Positions 26,988-36,565 of a stretch of DNA of 53,359 nt are shown here, piece by piece. The notes below the pieces were generated by a model that had not been told where the DNA came from, did no database searches, and was given only the letters and a program-made list of their open reading frames with translations. The stretch spans positions 1 to 53,359 of the forward strand of contig DASXNO010000026.1 in the NCBI GenBank assembly GCA_036495025.1, given 5' to 3'. Numbering within the stretch: the stretch's first letter is position 1; each line of letters begins with the position of its first letter. The position numbers were made by a program, and so were the translations under genes. The stretch comes from Actinomycetota bacterium (lineage in GTDB: Bacteria > Actinomycetota > CADDZG01 > JAHWKV01 > JAOPZY01).

Positions 26988-28034
26988 CTACTCGGCGTAG
27001 ACGTGGCGCAGTGCGTCCTCTGGAGCGGGATACGGGGCTTGGTCCACGTACTGCACCGCCTCGGCCAGTTCCGTCTTGATGGTGTCGACCAGTGCCTTGA
27101 TCCCGGCCTCCGTGACGACCCCGTGCTCCTTCAGGTACGACTGGAACCTCGGGATGGGGTCGAGCGCCCGGGCCCGCTTCACCTCTTCTTTGGATCGGTA
27201 GGTGCGGTCGTCGTCGTCGGACGTGTGCGGCGCGTAGCGGTAGGTCTTGGCCTCGATGAGGGTGGGGCCCCCACCGCCGCGGGCCTTGTCGACGGCAGCC
27301 TTGGTCACCTCGTAACAGGCGATCACGTCATTGCCGTCCACCACGTGGCCCTCAAACCCGTAGCCGGCCGCCCGGTCGGCAACGTTCTCGATGGCCATCT
27401 GCTTGGTCTGGGGCACGCTGATGGCGTACTTGTTGTTCTCGCACACGAAGATCACCGGCAGCCGGTGGATCCCGGCGAAGTTCATGGCCTCATGCCAGTC
27501 GCCCATCGACGTTGCCCCCTCGCCGAACCAGCACATGACGACGGCCGGCTCCCGGCGGTACCTCACGGCGTAGGCGAGCCCGACCGCGTGGGGGACCTGC
27601 GTGCCGATCGGCGACGACCCGCTGATGATCCCGAGCCGGTGGGATCCCCAGTGCGAGGGCATCTGGCGGGCGCCGTTGCAGGGATCCTCCGCCTTGGCGT
27701 AGACGCCGAGCAGCACGTCGCGCACCGTCAGGCCGGCGACGAGGACCACGCCGAGGTCGCGGTAGTACGGGACACAGAAGTCCCCCAAACCCCGGTCGAG
27801 GGCGTACGCGGACCCTACCTGGCAGCCTTCGTGACCGGCGGAGCTCACGACGAAGGGTGCCTTGCCCTGGCGGTTGAGCGCCCACATCCGCTCGTCGAGC
27901 ATGCGCGCGGTGAGCATGAAACGGTGGAGGTCGAGGAGCTGGCCTTCGTTCAGGTTCGCAAGCTCGTGGCGCGCCTTCGGGAGCTGCGGGGTCCGCTCCA
28001 TTGCTCGCTCGGGGGCTCGCTCAGCGTTGGCCAT
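26988..28034 (-). CDS. 2-oxoacid dehydrogenase E1 component, alpha subunit (TPP-binding)
   Basis: LLDLHRFMLTARMLDERMWALNRQGK..F..S..GHEG. TPP motif region FGEGATSMGDWHEAMNFAGIHRLPVIFVCENN. Confidence 0.9.
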   Translation of the reverse strand: MANAERAPERAMERTPQLPKARHELANLNEGQLLDLHRFMLTARMLDERMWALNRQGKAPFVVSSAGHEGCQVGSAYALDRGLGDFCVPYYRDLGVVLVAGLTVRDVLLGVYAKAEDPCNGARQMPSHWGSHRLGIISGSSPIGTQVPHAVGLAYAVRYRREPAVVMCWFGEGATSMGDWHEAMNFAGIHRLPVIFVCENNKYAISVPQTKQMAIENVADRAAGYGFEGHVVDGNDVIACYEVTKAAVDKARGGGGPTLIEAKTYRYAPHTSDDDDRTYRSKEEVKRARALDPIPRFQSYLKEHGVVTEAGIKALVDTIKTELAEAVQYVDQAPYPAPEDALRHVYAE

Positions 28035-28830
28035 CGATGGTCCCTACTCTTCCGCCAGGGGTGCCCGGCTTGCGAGAAAACGGAAGGATCCTGGCTTCTT
28101 CCCGCATTGTAACCCCAGGTAAACCAACGACGGCGGCAGGCCCCGGATCGACGTCGTGGGCGAGCTCGAGCCCGAGCTCCGAGGCAGTCCGGTGCCGCAC
28201 CGTGGCGCCCAGGATGGCGGCCAGCTCGGCCACCACGGCGTCCTGCACCGCCTCCATCGGCGGGGCGGAGCCGAGGAGCCGCTCCAGGGACGTCACCTGC
28301 ACGGCGGGGATCCCGCAGGGGACCATCCCGGCGAAGTACGAGAGGTCGGTCGTCACGTTCAGGGCAAAGCCGTGCTTGGTGACGCCGCGGGAGACATTGA
28401 CCCCGATCGAGGCAAGCTTCTCCTCCCCGACCCAGACTCCGGTGAGCCGCTCCCGACGGTCCGCCAAGACCCCGAAGCCGCGCACGGCACCGATCAGCGT
28501 CTCCTCGAGCGAGCGGAGGTACGCGATCACATCCGGATCCCGGAGTCCCAGCACGGGGTACCCGACGAGCTGCCCCGGGCCGTGGTAGGTGATGCTGCCA
28601 CCCCGGTCGCACTCGAAGACCTCGATCCCCCGCTGCGCAAGGGCGTCCAGCGACAGCAGGAGGTGCTCGGCCGAGAAGCGGCGGCCGAGCGTGTACACGT
28701 GGGGATGCTCAAGCAGCAACATCACGTCCTCGGACTCCCCGGCCACCCGCCGGCGGTAGAGCTCGTTCTGCCACTGCAGGGCGGGCCCGTACCCGACGGT
28801 GCCGGCAACGACCACGGTGAGCGTCTTCAT
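28021..28830 (-). CDS. lipB: Octanoyl/lipoyl transferase
   Basis: LLLEHPHVYTLGRR, RGGSITYHGPGQLVGYP, KLASIGV.V..GVT.HGFALN. Its start abuts the E2 stop, and its 3' end overlaps the E1alpha start by 14 nt. Confidence 0.9.
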   Translation of the reverse strand: MKTLTVVVAGTVGYGPALQWQNELYRRRVAGESEDVMLLLEHPHVYTLGRRFSAEHLLLSLDALAQRGIEVFECDRGGSITYHGPGQLVGYPVLGLRDPDVIAYLRSLEETLIGAVRGFGVLADRRERLTGVWVGEEKLASIGVNVSRGVTKHGFALNVTTDLSYFAGMVPCGIPAVQVTSLERLLGSAPPMEAVQDAVVAELAAILGATVRHRTASELGLELAHDVDPGPAAVVGLPGVTMREEARILPFSRKPGTPGGRVGTIDGQR

Positions 28831-30300
28831 TTACCGGCCTGGCAGGTAGGCGCTCAGGTCTGGGGCGAAGTCGGCCTGCTCGAGCTGACTCTTGAGCTGC
28901 GAGAGGTACCGGGCAGCCTCGGCGCCGTCGATGATGCGGTGGTCCCACGACATCGAGAGGAACACCATGTGCCGGATCGCCACTGCGTCGTTCCCGTCAT
29001 CGTCCGTGACCACCACGGGTCGTTTTGCGACTGCGTCGAAAGCGAGGATCCCTGCCTGTCCCTTATTGATGATCGGCACGGACATGATCGAACCAAAGGG
29101 CCCGGGGTTCGTAATTGTGAACGTTCCGCCCTTGACGTCGTCGGGCTGGAGGCGTTTGGTGCGTGCCCGCTCGGCCAGGTCGCGGATGGACCGGGCGAGG
29201 CCGACGAGGTTCATGCCGTCGGCGTTCTTCAGCACCGGGACGATCAACCCGTTCTCGAGGGCGACCGCGATCCCGAGGTTGACGTAGTGCTTGCGGGTGA
29301 TGGTCCCGTCGCCGTTCCAGGTGGCGTTCACCTGCGGGTACCTGAGCAGCGCCTGGGTGACTGCCTTGGCGACGAAGGGCATCCAGGTGAGCGAGAAGCC
29401 TTCCCGCTCCTTGAAGGCCCCCCCGGCCTGGCGGCGAAGGTTGAAGATGCGGGTCATGTCGACCTCGACCGCGTTCCAGGCCCGGGCCGTCTCGAGGTTC
29501 GAGGCCACCATGTGCTCCGCGATCGACTTGCGCATGTGGGAGACGGGCACGACCTCGTCGCCACCGATCGGCGGGGCGGCATAGGCGACGGCTGCCGCAG
29601 GCGCCGGCTCGGGGGCTGCCGCCGGGGTGGGGATCTGTGCGGCCGGGGCAGCCGGGATGGGCTGCGGAGCCGGCTCGGCGGGCGGCTCGGCGACCGGCAG
29701 CGGTGCGGCGAGGACGTCCTGCTTGGTGATGCGGCCCCCGGTGCCGGTCCCACGGACCGTCGCCAGGTCGATGCCCCGCTCGTTGGCAAGCTTGCGGACC
29801 AGGGGCGACAGCACCCCCCGGAGGGGCTCGTCCGCAGCGGGAGCCGCCTCGGCGATCCGCGCCGCCGGTGCCACGGACTGGCTCGCGGCAGCGGGGCGCG
29901 CCGCCGGGGGGGCAGGCTGCGGGGGCGGCGAGGCCGCGGCGGGCCGCTCGGCGGGCGCAGGCGCCGGGGCCGGGGCGGGGGCCTCGCTGGCCTGGGGTGC
30001 CGGAGCGGGAGGCTTCTCGCTCTCGGGCGCTGACGGGGCGGCGGCAGGCGGCGCAGCCTCGCCCGCGCCGGCGATCTCTGCGATCACGGATCCGACGGTG
30101 ACGGTCTCCCCTTCCCCTGCGTGGATCCGGCTGACGGTCCCGGACACGGGGGAAGGGATCTCGCTGTCGACCTTGTCGGTGGACACTTCGACGAGCGGCT
30201 CGTCCATGCCGACGGACTCCCCCTCACGCTTCAGCCAGCGCGTGATGGTGCCCTCGACGACGGTCTCGCCGAGTTGCGGCATCTTGACTTGTGTCGCCAT
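28831..30300 (-). CDS. Dihydrolipoamide acyltransferase (E2) of a 2-oxoacid dehydrogenase complex
   Basis: Lipoyl domain MPQLGETVVEGTITRWLK.EG..V....PLVEVSTDKVDSEIPSP. Ala/Pro linkers. Subunit-binding domain SPLVRKLA.ERGIDL..V.GTG.GGRI. Catalytic motif SMSWDHRIIDGA. Confidence 0.92.
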   Translation of the reverse strand: MATQVKMPQLGETVVEGTITRWLKREGESVGMDEPLVEVSTDKVDSEIPSPVSGTVSRIHAGEGETVTVGSVIAEIAGAGEAAPPAAAPSAPESEKPPAPAPQASEAPAPAPAPAPAERPAAASPPPQPAPPAARPAAASQSVAPAARIAEAAPAADEPLRGVLSPLVRKLANERGIDLATVRGTGTGGRITKQDVLAAPLPVAEPPAEPAPQPIPAAPAAQIPTPAAAPEPAPAAAVAYAAPPIGGDEVVPVSHMRKSIAEHMVASNLETARAWNAVEVDMTRIFNLRRQAGGAFKEREGFSLTWMPFVAKAVTQALLRYPQVNATWNGDGTITRKHYVNLGIAVALENGLIVPVLKNADGMNLVGLARSIRDLAERARTKRLQPDDVKGGTFTITNPGPFGSIMSVPIINKGQAGILAFDAVAKRPVVVTDDDGNDAVAIRHMVFLSMSWDHRIIDGAEAARYLSQLKSQLEQADFAPDLSAYLPGR

Positions 30301-30374
30301 GGTTCACTCTCCTGGAAGTCTGTGGCCGGTTCGATGATCCTACCTGCGAATTGATCGCCCCTACACTTAGACGC

Positions 30375-30746
30375 GTGACCAGGCTCGCGCGAGACGAGTT
30401 CGAAGTATTGGTCGGCGAGGCGCTCGACGAGCTGCCTCCCGAGCTCATGAAGGCGATCTCGAACGTCCAGGTCGTCGTCCAGGACCTCCCCGGACCGGAG
30501 TCCGCGGGGGCACGCGTCGCTCCCCACGCCATCCTCCTCGGCCTCTACACCGGCATCCCGCTCACGCAACGGGGCATGGGCTACGCCGGGGTCCTGCCGG
30601 ACCGGATCACGATCTACCAGGACAACATCGAACGGGTGGCCCCCACGCCCGAAGCCATCCGGGCCCAGGTGCGCCAGACGGTGCTCCACGAGTTCGCCCA
30701 CCATTTCGGCATCAGCGACGAGCGCCTGTCCGAGCTGGGCTGGTAG
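30375..30746 (+). CDS. Zincin-like metallopeptidase family protein (DUF1025/Zincin_1-type)
   Basis: EFEVLVGEALDELPPELMKAISNVQVVVQD...HEFAHHFG (HExxH). GTG 30375 is chosen so the N-terminus matches family-typical length. Confidence 0.7.
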   Translation: MTRLARDEFEVLVGEALDELPPELMKAISNVQVVVQDLPGPESAGARVAPHAILLGLYTGIPLTQRGMGYAGVLPDRITIYQDNIERVAPTPEAIRAQVRQTVLHEFAHHFGISDERLSELGW

Positions 30747-30756
30747 CCGACGGGAA

Positions 30757-31683
30757 TCAGCGCCGGGCCCGCCCAGCCTCCCTGACGGCAACGATCCGAG
30801 CCATCCGCCCGACGAGTCGCACCGGATCGCGAACCTGGATCTCCGTGACGGGAACGATCAACCATCCTTCGCCGAACAGGTCGAGGTTGCGCTCGCAATC
30901 GGCGGCCCACTCCGGGAGTGTCGAGTGGTGCTTGTAGCTGTGGGCCTCGAAGCCCGTCGAGACAAAGGGGTAGGCGGTGTCGGGGTACCGCCAGCGCCCA
31001 TCGGAGAGCTGCACCGGGTATTCGAAGTGGGGTTCGGGCAGCAGGCCGGCCTTGTAGGCGTCGAGTGCGATCGTCTCGAGCCGGCGCTGCAGATCGCTGT
31101 CCACGTGGCGGCTGCGACCCTGGCGTTCCTCGAGCACGTGGAAGAGCCCTCCGGCTCCCTTGCGCCCCGTCGTGCCCAGTGCCCGGAGCCGGTTCGTCAG
31201 AAGGGCCAGCGGTACCTGGCGCCTGGCAAGGACGTGGTCGACCAGCACGGGAGCCATGTCCGGTACCTGGAGGGACACATCGATGACCGTTCGAGCGAGC
31301 GACGTCACCGGTATCCCGGCCCGGTGACAGCGGTCCACCGGCTGCAAATAGCAGGTCCGGTGGACCTCGAAGCCCTTGAGGATCACCTTTCGGTGCTGCG
31401 GAATGATCATCTCGAGCCTCGGCTCGATCTCCGGCAGCCGCCACAGCGCAGCGGCCGCCCGATGGGAGGCGATGCCATCCCCGGCAAGGCATCCCGCCAT
31501 CAGGGCCTGCTCCCATGTCTGGGGCGCTCCAACGCGGCGGTAGACGCCCTGGTACACCCGCTGCCAGTCGTCGCTGCTCGCCAGCCAGCGCCATGCGGCA
31601 GGCGAGACACCCGCACTGAGGGCCTGCTCCCGGGAGATCAGTCCATGTTGCGATGCAGTGAGGGTATGTAGTGCATCGTTCAC
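30757..31683 (-). CDS. AbiEi-like N-terminal domain + DUF559 (Vsr-like endonuclease fold) protein
   Basis: ASQHGLISREQALSAGVS...W.R...G.W.RV..GVY. The C-terminal region is typical of actinobacterial DUF559 proteins. GTG 31683 or 31689. The upstream part of the track ORF was trimmed. Confidence 0.6.
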   Translation of the reverse strand: MNDALHTLTASQHGLISREQALSAGVSPAAWRWLASSDDWQRVYQGVYRRVGAPQTWEQALMAGCLAGDGIASHRAAAALWRLPEIEPRLEMIIPQHRKVILKGFEVHRTCYLQPVDRCHRAGIPVTSLARTVIDVSLQVPDMAPVLVDHVLARRQVPLALLTNRLRALGTTGRKGAGGLFHVLEERQGRSRHVDSDLQRRLETIALDAYKAGLLPEPHFEYPVQLSDGRWRYPDTAYPFVSTGFEAHSYKHHSTLPEWAADCERNLDLFGEGWLIVPVTEIQVRDPVRLVGRMARIVAVREAGRARR

Positions 31684-31789
31684 GAGCACAGAGTAACAAA
31701 GACCAGTGAGGCTTTGCGGGTTAGGTAATAAAGTGCTGCTATAGCTGACAAACTTACCTAACCTCGGGATGGAGAACCCCTCGGTCGCC

Positions 31790-33169
31790 TCAGCCGAGGG
31801 GCGTCCCGGCGGTCTCCATCGTCTCCCGGTAGGCCGCCGGCAGGGCGAGGTCGTTCTCGACGGCAACCTTGCCGGTGATGGCCTCCACGAGCACCGTTGC
31901 CGGCGCGCCGTTCAGGTAGGGGGTCAGGTCCACGCTGCTGCGCTGCCCCGGCGTGACCGCCACCCCGGCGAGGGCGGCCGGCGCCACGGGGCCGGCCATC
32001 GTGAGGATCGTCACCCTGCAGACGGCCCGGCCCGCACCGTCGGCGACGAGGGCCAGGGTGTCGGTGCCCCCGGCGGTCGAGCCGGCGGCGACCATCCAGC
32101 GGGTGGCGGTGGCCGGGACACCCTGGACGGTGTGGTAGGCGCCCTGTGGCCCCACCGTCAGGCGCTCGACCACGACGGGCACGCCGTTGGTCGAGGTGAG
32201 GATCGTTGCGTGCCGGGTCCCGCCCGGGACCTGGTCGGACACCTTCAGCGCCTTTCGGCCCCCGGCCGGAACGGGGACGTCCTGCACCCCCACCGGGCCG
32301 GTCCCGCTCTCGACCAGGTAGACGGTGCTGACCAGCGCCTCGTGGTCGCTCGGGTTGGCGACGACGATGTCCTCCTCCCCGGAGGCGGGGACCTCGCCGC
32401 CGGGCAGCAGCCACTGGGTGGTCGGCGCGGCCGTCCCCACGTCGAGGCCGATGCCGCGTGCCCCGTCGCGGGCGGCGACCCGCATCAGTTCGCCGACGAC
32501 GACCCGCCCCCGTGACGCCGTGACGTCCAGGCCGACCGAGGCCGTCTGGGGGAAGAAGTCGCCGAGGAACACCGACGTCTGGGAGCGTTGCGGGATCTCG
32601 ACGTGGCTGAGGCCCGAGGGGACCTGGTCGCCGCTGTCCGTCAGCACGCGCACCGTCACGACCGCCTCCTCGAGGAAGGGGTTCGTCACGAGCAGGTAGG
32701 TGTCGTAGCCGGGAGCCGTGCTGGCGATCGGGAAGAGCCACCGGGTGCCCGGCTGGCGGCTGCACCGGCCGGTCGCTCCGCCGATGCTCGGGGCAAGCAC
32801 GGAGACATGGCTGCCGGTGGCCCCGCCGAAGGCCTCGACCGTGACGGGCACGTTGGCGGCCGACGGGGCGGCGGGGAGGCCACCGAAGGTCCCCGCCCCG
32901 AGGTCGGCCTCGCTGGTCGCTCCCGACGCTCCCGTCCCGGAGCGACGCACGTGGACCGGCCCCGTGCCGAGGTTGGCCGTCCAGACGGTGGACCCGAGGC
33001 CCTGCGCCGTGGGGGCCGGGCAGTACCAGGCCTCCGAGAGGGGTGCCGTCGTCACCGAGGGGGCCACCGGCGTCGCGGCGGTCTTCGACGGCACGAGGCC
33101 GTCGAGCGCCCAGGAGCCACCCATGATCAGGACGATCACCAGCGCGAACGTGAGCTCTGCCCGCCGCAT
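31790..33169 (-). CDS. Secreted/membrane-anchored beta-rich protein, DUF5719-like (assigned from remembered synteny with large actinobacterial GT2 genes)
   Basis: 459 aa starting at MRRAELTFALVIVLIMGG (TM/signal anchor). Its ATG overlaps the upstream TGA by 1 nt (TGATG). GC-rich third codon positions. The upstream 500 aa of the track ORF are out-of-frame shadow and were trimmed. Confidence 0.6.
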   Translation of the reverse strand: MRRAELTFALVIVLIMGGSWALDGLVPSKTAATPVAPSVTTAPLSEAWYCPAPTAQGLGSTVWTANLGTGPVHVRRSGTGASGATSEADLGAGTFGGLPAAPSAANVPVTVEAFGGATGSHVSVLAPSIGGATGRCSRQPGTRWLFPIASTAPGYDTYLLVTNPFLEEAVVTVRVLTDSGDQVPSGLSHVEIPQRSQTSVFLGDFFPQTASVGLDVTASRGRVVVGELMRVAARDGARGIGLDVGTAAPTTQWLLPGGEVPASGEEDIVVANPSDHEALVSTVYLVESGTGPVGVQDVPVPAGGRKALKVSDQVPGGTRHATILTSTNGVPVVVERLTVGPQGAYHTVQGVPATATRWMVAAGSTAGGTDTLALVADGAGRAVCRVTILTMAGPVAPAALAGVAVTPGQRSSVDLTPYLNGAPATVLVEAITGKVAVENDLALPAAYRETMETAGTPLG

Positions 33170-36100
33170 CAGGCACGCTCCTGACGGGAGCCGTCCGTCC
33201 CCTGGGCCCCAGACGTCGGAGTGATGACCCGGACCCGGGAGCTCGGGGGCCGGACATAGGGCCGCTCGACCCTCGGCGGCAGGAGCGGGGGCGGCGCCTG
33301 GCTCTGCGCCTTGGGCATCCTGGCCGAGAACGCCATGACGAGTCCAAGCACGACCAGCACCCCTCCCACGATCACCCAGACGATACGGATCCACTCTCCG
33401 GCGTAGCCGATCCGAAGGGTCCCGGCGACGCCGGCCGGCACGGTGAAGCCGTTGGCCCAGCCGAATATCGGCGCATGCCGCAGGTCCTGGACCCCGACGC
33501 TCGCCTGCCACCCCGGGCTGTAGACCTCGCCCAGGACAACGGTGCGGGGCGAGGTCGCCGCCGGCACGCGGCCCGAGAAGGACCCCGGCGACGTGCGGTC
33601 CAGGCCGGTGCCCACCGGTAGGGGGGGCCACTGGGTCCGCAGGATCGCCTCGGGGTCGGTGCTGCCGCTCGCGGCTGCCGGTTCGAGGGGCGGCGGCGCC
33701 AGGGCAGCGATCGGGAGGGATTCGAGGTTGGTGTAGATGTCGGCCTGGGCGAGCTGCTGGGTCAGGGCGAGGTCCTGCTGGAGGACGACGGCCTGCATCG
33801 TCGAGGCGTCCCCGTGGTCGACGACGACGAAGCGGATCCCTGCGGTCGCCAGCAGGTGACCGGCCAGATGGGTGCGCCTCCCCACCAGTGCGTCGAGCGT
33901 CTTCGACAGCCAGGCAACGCCCGGGCCGCCGCCCGGCGGCGCGACGTCGAGCAGGGAAAGACCGTCGGGGCCGGTGACGAGGTAGGGCACCGTCCTGTCC
34001 GGCCGCAGCCCCGGGCGCAGGGCGTCGACGAAGCGCTTCCCGAGCCAGAGGACGCGGAACTGGTTGTCGCTGGTCGCGGAACCCTGCACGGCGGCAAGGG
34101 CCGCCGACTCCGGACCGGTCCCCGTGACGGCGCTCGACGGGGGTGCGCTCCACGAGAGCAGCACCGGCACCCAGCCGCCCAGCACGGCGGCGGCCGAGAG
34201 GATCGCCGCGCCGGCCCCGACCGTGTGGCGCAGGCCTGCCGCATGGCGGGGGAGGTCCTGGGTGAGGCCGGCAACGAGGTAGCCGGCGCAGGCGGCCAGG
34301 GCGACGAGCGGCGGCACGAACCAGAGGGCCGGCGAGACGACCGGGGCGGGCAGCCATCCCTTGGCGACGAGACCGGCCCACAACCCGAACACCGCGATGA
34401 CGCTCGCCAGCAGGCGGACCTCGCGCCGGCGCGAGGTCGAGACGACGAGCAGCGCTCCTGCGGCGATCGCCACGGCGGCGAGCCCGGCGAAGGCGGAGAC
34501 GCCCGGCGTCAGCAGCAACGCATGCGCAAAGCTCACCGGGGACCAGAGGGGCCGGAGGGCGTTGCCGCCGCCGGGACCGGCGAAGAGCGGGCCGAGGATG
34601 GCCCCATGGGGCTGCAGGGCCTCGAGCGACCACGGGACGAGGAGCAGGGCGGCGACGGCGGACGAGCCAAGGAGCCATGCCAGCCGCCGTGGCCCCCCCG
34701 CCAGCGAGGGATGCTCCCGCAGCGCCCGGAAGCCGGCGACGAGCCAGAGGACCACGATCGCCACGAGTGCGCTTGGCGCCAGCGCGACGACGACCGCACT
34801 CAGCAGGGCCAGGCGCATGGCCTGGCGGGAGAGGGCGTCGGAGGAGGAAGGCACCGCGGGGCGCACTCCTCCGCCCGGGGCACCCGGGGGGGCCGCGCCC
34901 GGGGCGGGACCGAGCATCCGCAGGGCCATCTCGAGGAGGTACGGCGTCGCCGCGTAGAGGGCCAGCGCCCCGAGGTCCCCGGTCACCATGGTCAGGCGCA
35001 TGGCCGGGGCCAGGGCATAGACGCCGACCGCCACGATCCTGGCCGCGACGCTGGTCGTCCGGCGCTTGACGAAGCGGTTGATGCCGAAGAGCCCGAGGGC
35101 AACCAGCAGCCCGACCAGCAGCTTCTGGGCGGTGGCCGCGTTGCCGAACGAGGCGATCGCCACCAGCCAGAACAGCGGCAGGGCAGGCGATGGCGCCCCC
35201 GTCGTCCCGAGCCCGATGTCACGCCAGCCGGCGAAGTAGTCGCTGAGGAGCCGGTGGGTCTCGACGGGGAACGGCCACAGCGTCCCGGCCCCCACGGGGG
35301 CTCCGAGGAACACGTGGCGGGCGGCGATCAGCAGCACAAAGCCGATCGCCAGGGAGGACAGCACCGACGCCGACCGGGCCCACCGCCCGAGGCGGTCGGC
35401 GATGGCGCCCGGGGTCAGATGCGCAAAGGTCTTGGCGCCGAGCCGGACGGTCTCCTCTCCCCACTGCAGGAGCCGGCGCTCGAGGAAGATCCGGGCGCGC
35501 GGCAGGTCCCGGACCATGTAACGCCGCACCCTCCGGTCGGACACCTTCCGGCGGCGCTGGATCGCCCGCCGCCGCCGGGCGACGTCCGGCAGGGTCTTGA
35601 GGAACCACCCGTACGCCCGCAGGTACGGCGGGATCTCGTCGAAGCGCCGGAGGGTCGCCAGCAGCACCATCTCGGCACAGAGCACGCCGGTGTAGAGGGC
35701 GACGAGCAGGGGGACCCGCGTCGTGGAGGTGTTCTTGGCAATCGTGCGGAGCCGGTTGCGCCGGGTGAAGTACCGGATCGACTGCTCCGGCGGGCCGTCG
35801 CGCCGCCCCGTCGCCATCGCGACCGCATGGTAGAAGTACGCCTTCGGGGCCACGACCACGGGGAACCCCAGCATCCGGGCGCGGATGCAGAGGTCCAGGT
35901 CCTCCCCGAACAGAAAGTACGCGGGGTCCCAGGAGCCTCCTCGCTCCACGGTTGCCCGGCTGACGAGCATGCAGGCGCTCGTGACGAACAGAACGTCCCT
36001 GCGGACGTCGTGCTGGCCCTGGTCGATCTCACCTTCCTCGAGGCCCGACACCGGGTAGCCGAACTCGTCGGCCGACATCCCCACCTCGAGCAGCACCTCG

Positions 36101-36507
36101 GGCTCGTCCCACGAAAGGCCCTTGCCGCCGACCACCCCGGCCTCGGTCTCGAGGGCCGAGGCGACGAGGAGGCCGACGCAGTCACGGTTGAGGGCAACGT
36201 CGTCGTGGATGAACAGGTAGTACTCGGCCCTCCGGGCATCCGGGGAGACCTCGAGTGCCCGATTGGCGGCCGCCCCAAAACCGACATTGCGACCGAAGTG
36301 CATGACCGAGGCGGTGGGGAGCAGCCGTTCGACCAGGCCGGGCACCAGCTCCCGGTCCTCGGAGGCGTTGTCGACCACGACGACCTCCAGGGCGGGATAG
36401 GACTGGAGCGCAAGCGATTTGAGGCATCCGGGAAGCCAGGGACCCCCGTTGTGCGTCACGACAATCGCCAGGACCAGAGGCCAGGGGATTGCGTCCGGCT
36501 CGGTCAT
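33169..36507 (-). CDS. Large bifunctional-looking glycosyltransferase: N-terminal GT2 (GT-A) domain fused to a ~750-aa polytopic membrane domain
   Basis: LVLAIVVTHNGGPWLPGCLKSLALQSYPALEVVVVDNASED..., a DD motif (FIHDDVAL) and FGEDLDLC. Many hydrophobic helices follow over the remaining ~750 aa. ATG 36507. Confidence 0.8.
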   Translation of the reverse strand: MTEPDAIPWPLVLAIVVTHNGGPWLPGCLKSLALQSYPALEVVVVDNASEDRELVPGLVERLLPTASVMHFGRNVGFGAAANRALEVSPDARRAEYYLFIHDDVALNRDCVGLLVASALETEAGVVGGKGLSWDEPEVLLEVGMSADEFGYPVSGLEEGEIDQGQHDVRRDVLFVTSACMLVSRATVERGGSWDPAYFLFGEDLDLCIRARMLGFPVVVAPKAYFYHAVAMATGRRDGPPEQSIRYFTRRNRLRTIAKNTSTTRVPLLVALYTGVLCAEMVLLATLRRFDEIPPYLRAYGWFLKTLPDVARRRRAIQRRRKVSDRRVRRYMVRDLPRARIFLERRLLQWGEETVRLGAKTFAHLTPGAIADRLGRWARSASVLSSLAIGFVLLIAARHVFLGAPVGAGTLWPFPVETHRLLSDYFAGWRDIGLGTTGAPSPALPLFWLVAIASFGNAATAQKLLVGLLVALGLFGINRFVKRRTTSVAARIVAVGVYALAPAMRLTMVTGDLGALALYAATPYLLEMALRMLGPAPGAAPPGAPGGGVRPAVPSSSDALSRQAMRLALLSAVVVALAPSALVAIVVLWLVAGFRALREHPSLAGGPRRLAWLLGSSAVAALLLVPWSLEALQPHGAILGPLFAGPGGGNALRPLWSPVSFAHALLLTPGVSAFAGLAAVAIAAGALLVVSTSRRREVRLLASVIAVFGLWAGLVAKGWLPAPVVSPALWFVPPLVALAACAGYLVAGLTQDLPRHAAGLRHTVGAGAAILSAAAVLGGWVPVLLSWSAPPSSAVTGTGPESAALAAVQGSATSDNQFRVLWLGKRFVDALRPGLRPDRTVPYLVTGPDGLSLLDVAPPGGGPGVAWLSKTLDALVGRRTHLAGHLLATAGIRFVVVDHGDASTMQAVVLQQDLALTQQLAQADIYTNLESLPIAALAPPPLEPAAASGSTDPEAILRTQWPPLPVGTGLDRTSPGSFSGRVPAATSPRTVVLGEVYSPGWQASVGVQDLRHAPIFGWANGFTVPAGVAGTLRIGYAGEWIRIVWVIVGGVLVVLGLVMAFSARMPKAQSQAPPPLLPPRVERPYVRPPSSRVRVITPTSGAQGTDGSRQERA

Positions 36508-36565
36508 GCTCAGCAAGGACCGAGGGGGGGATTGGGGAGGCGCGGCGGGAGAAGAATGTGGGGAA

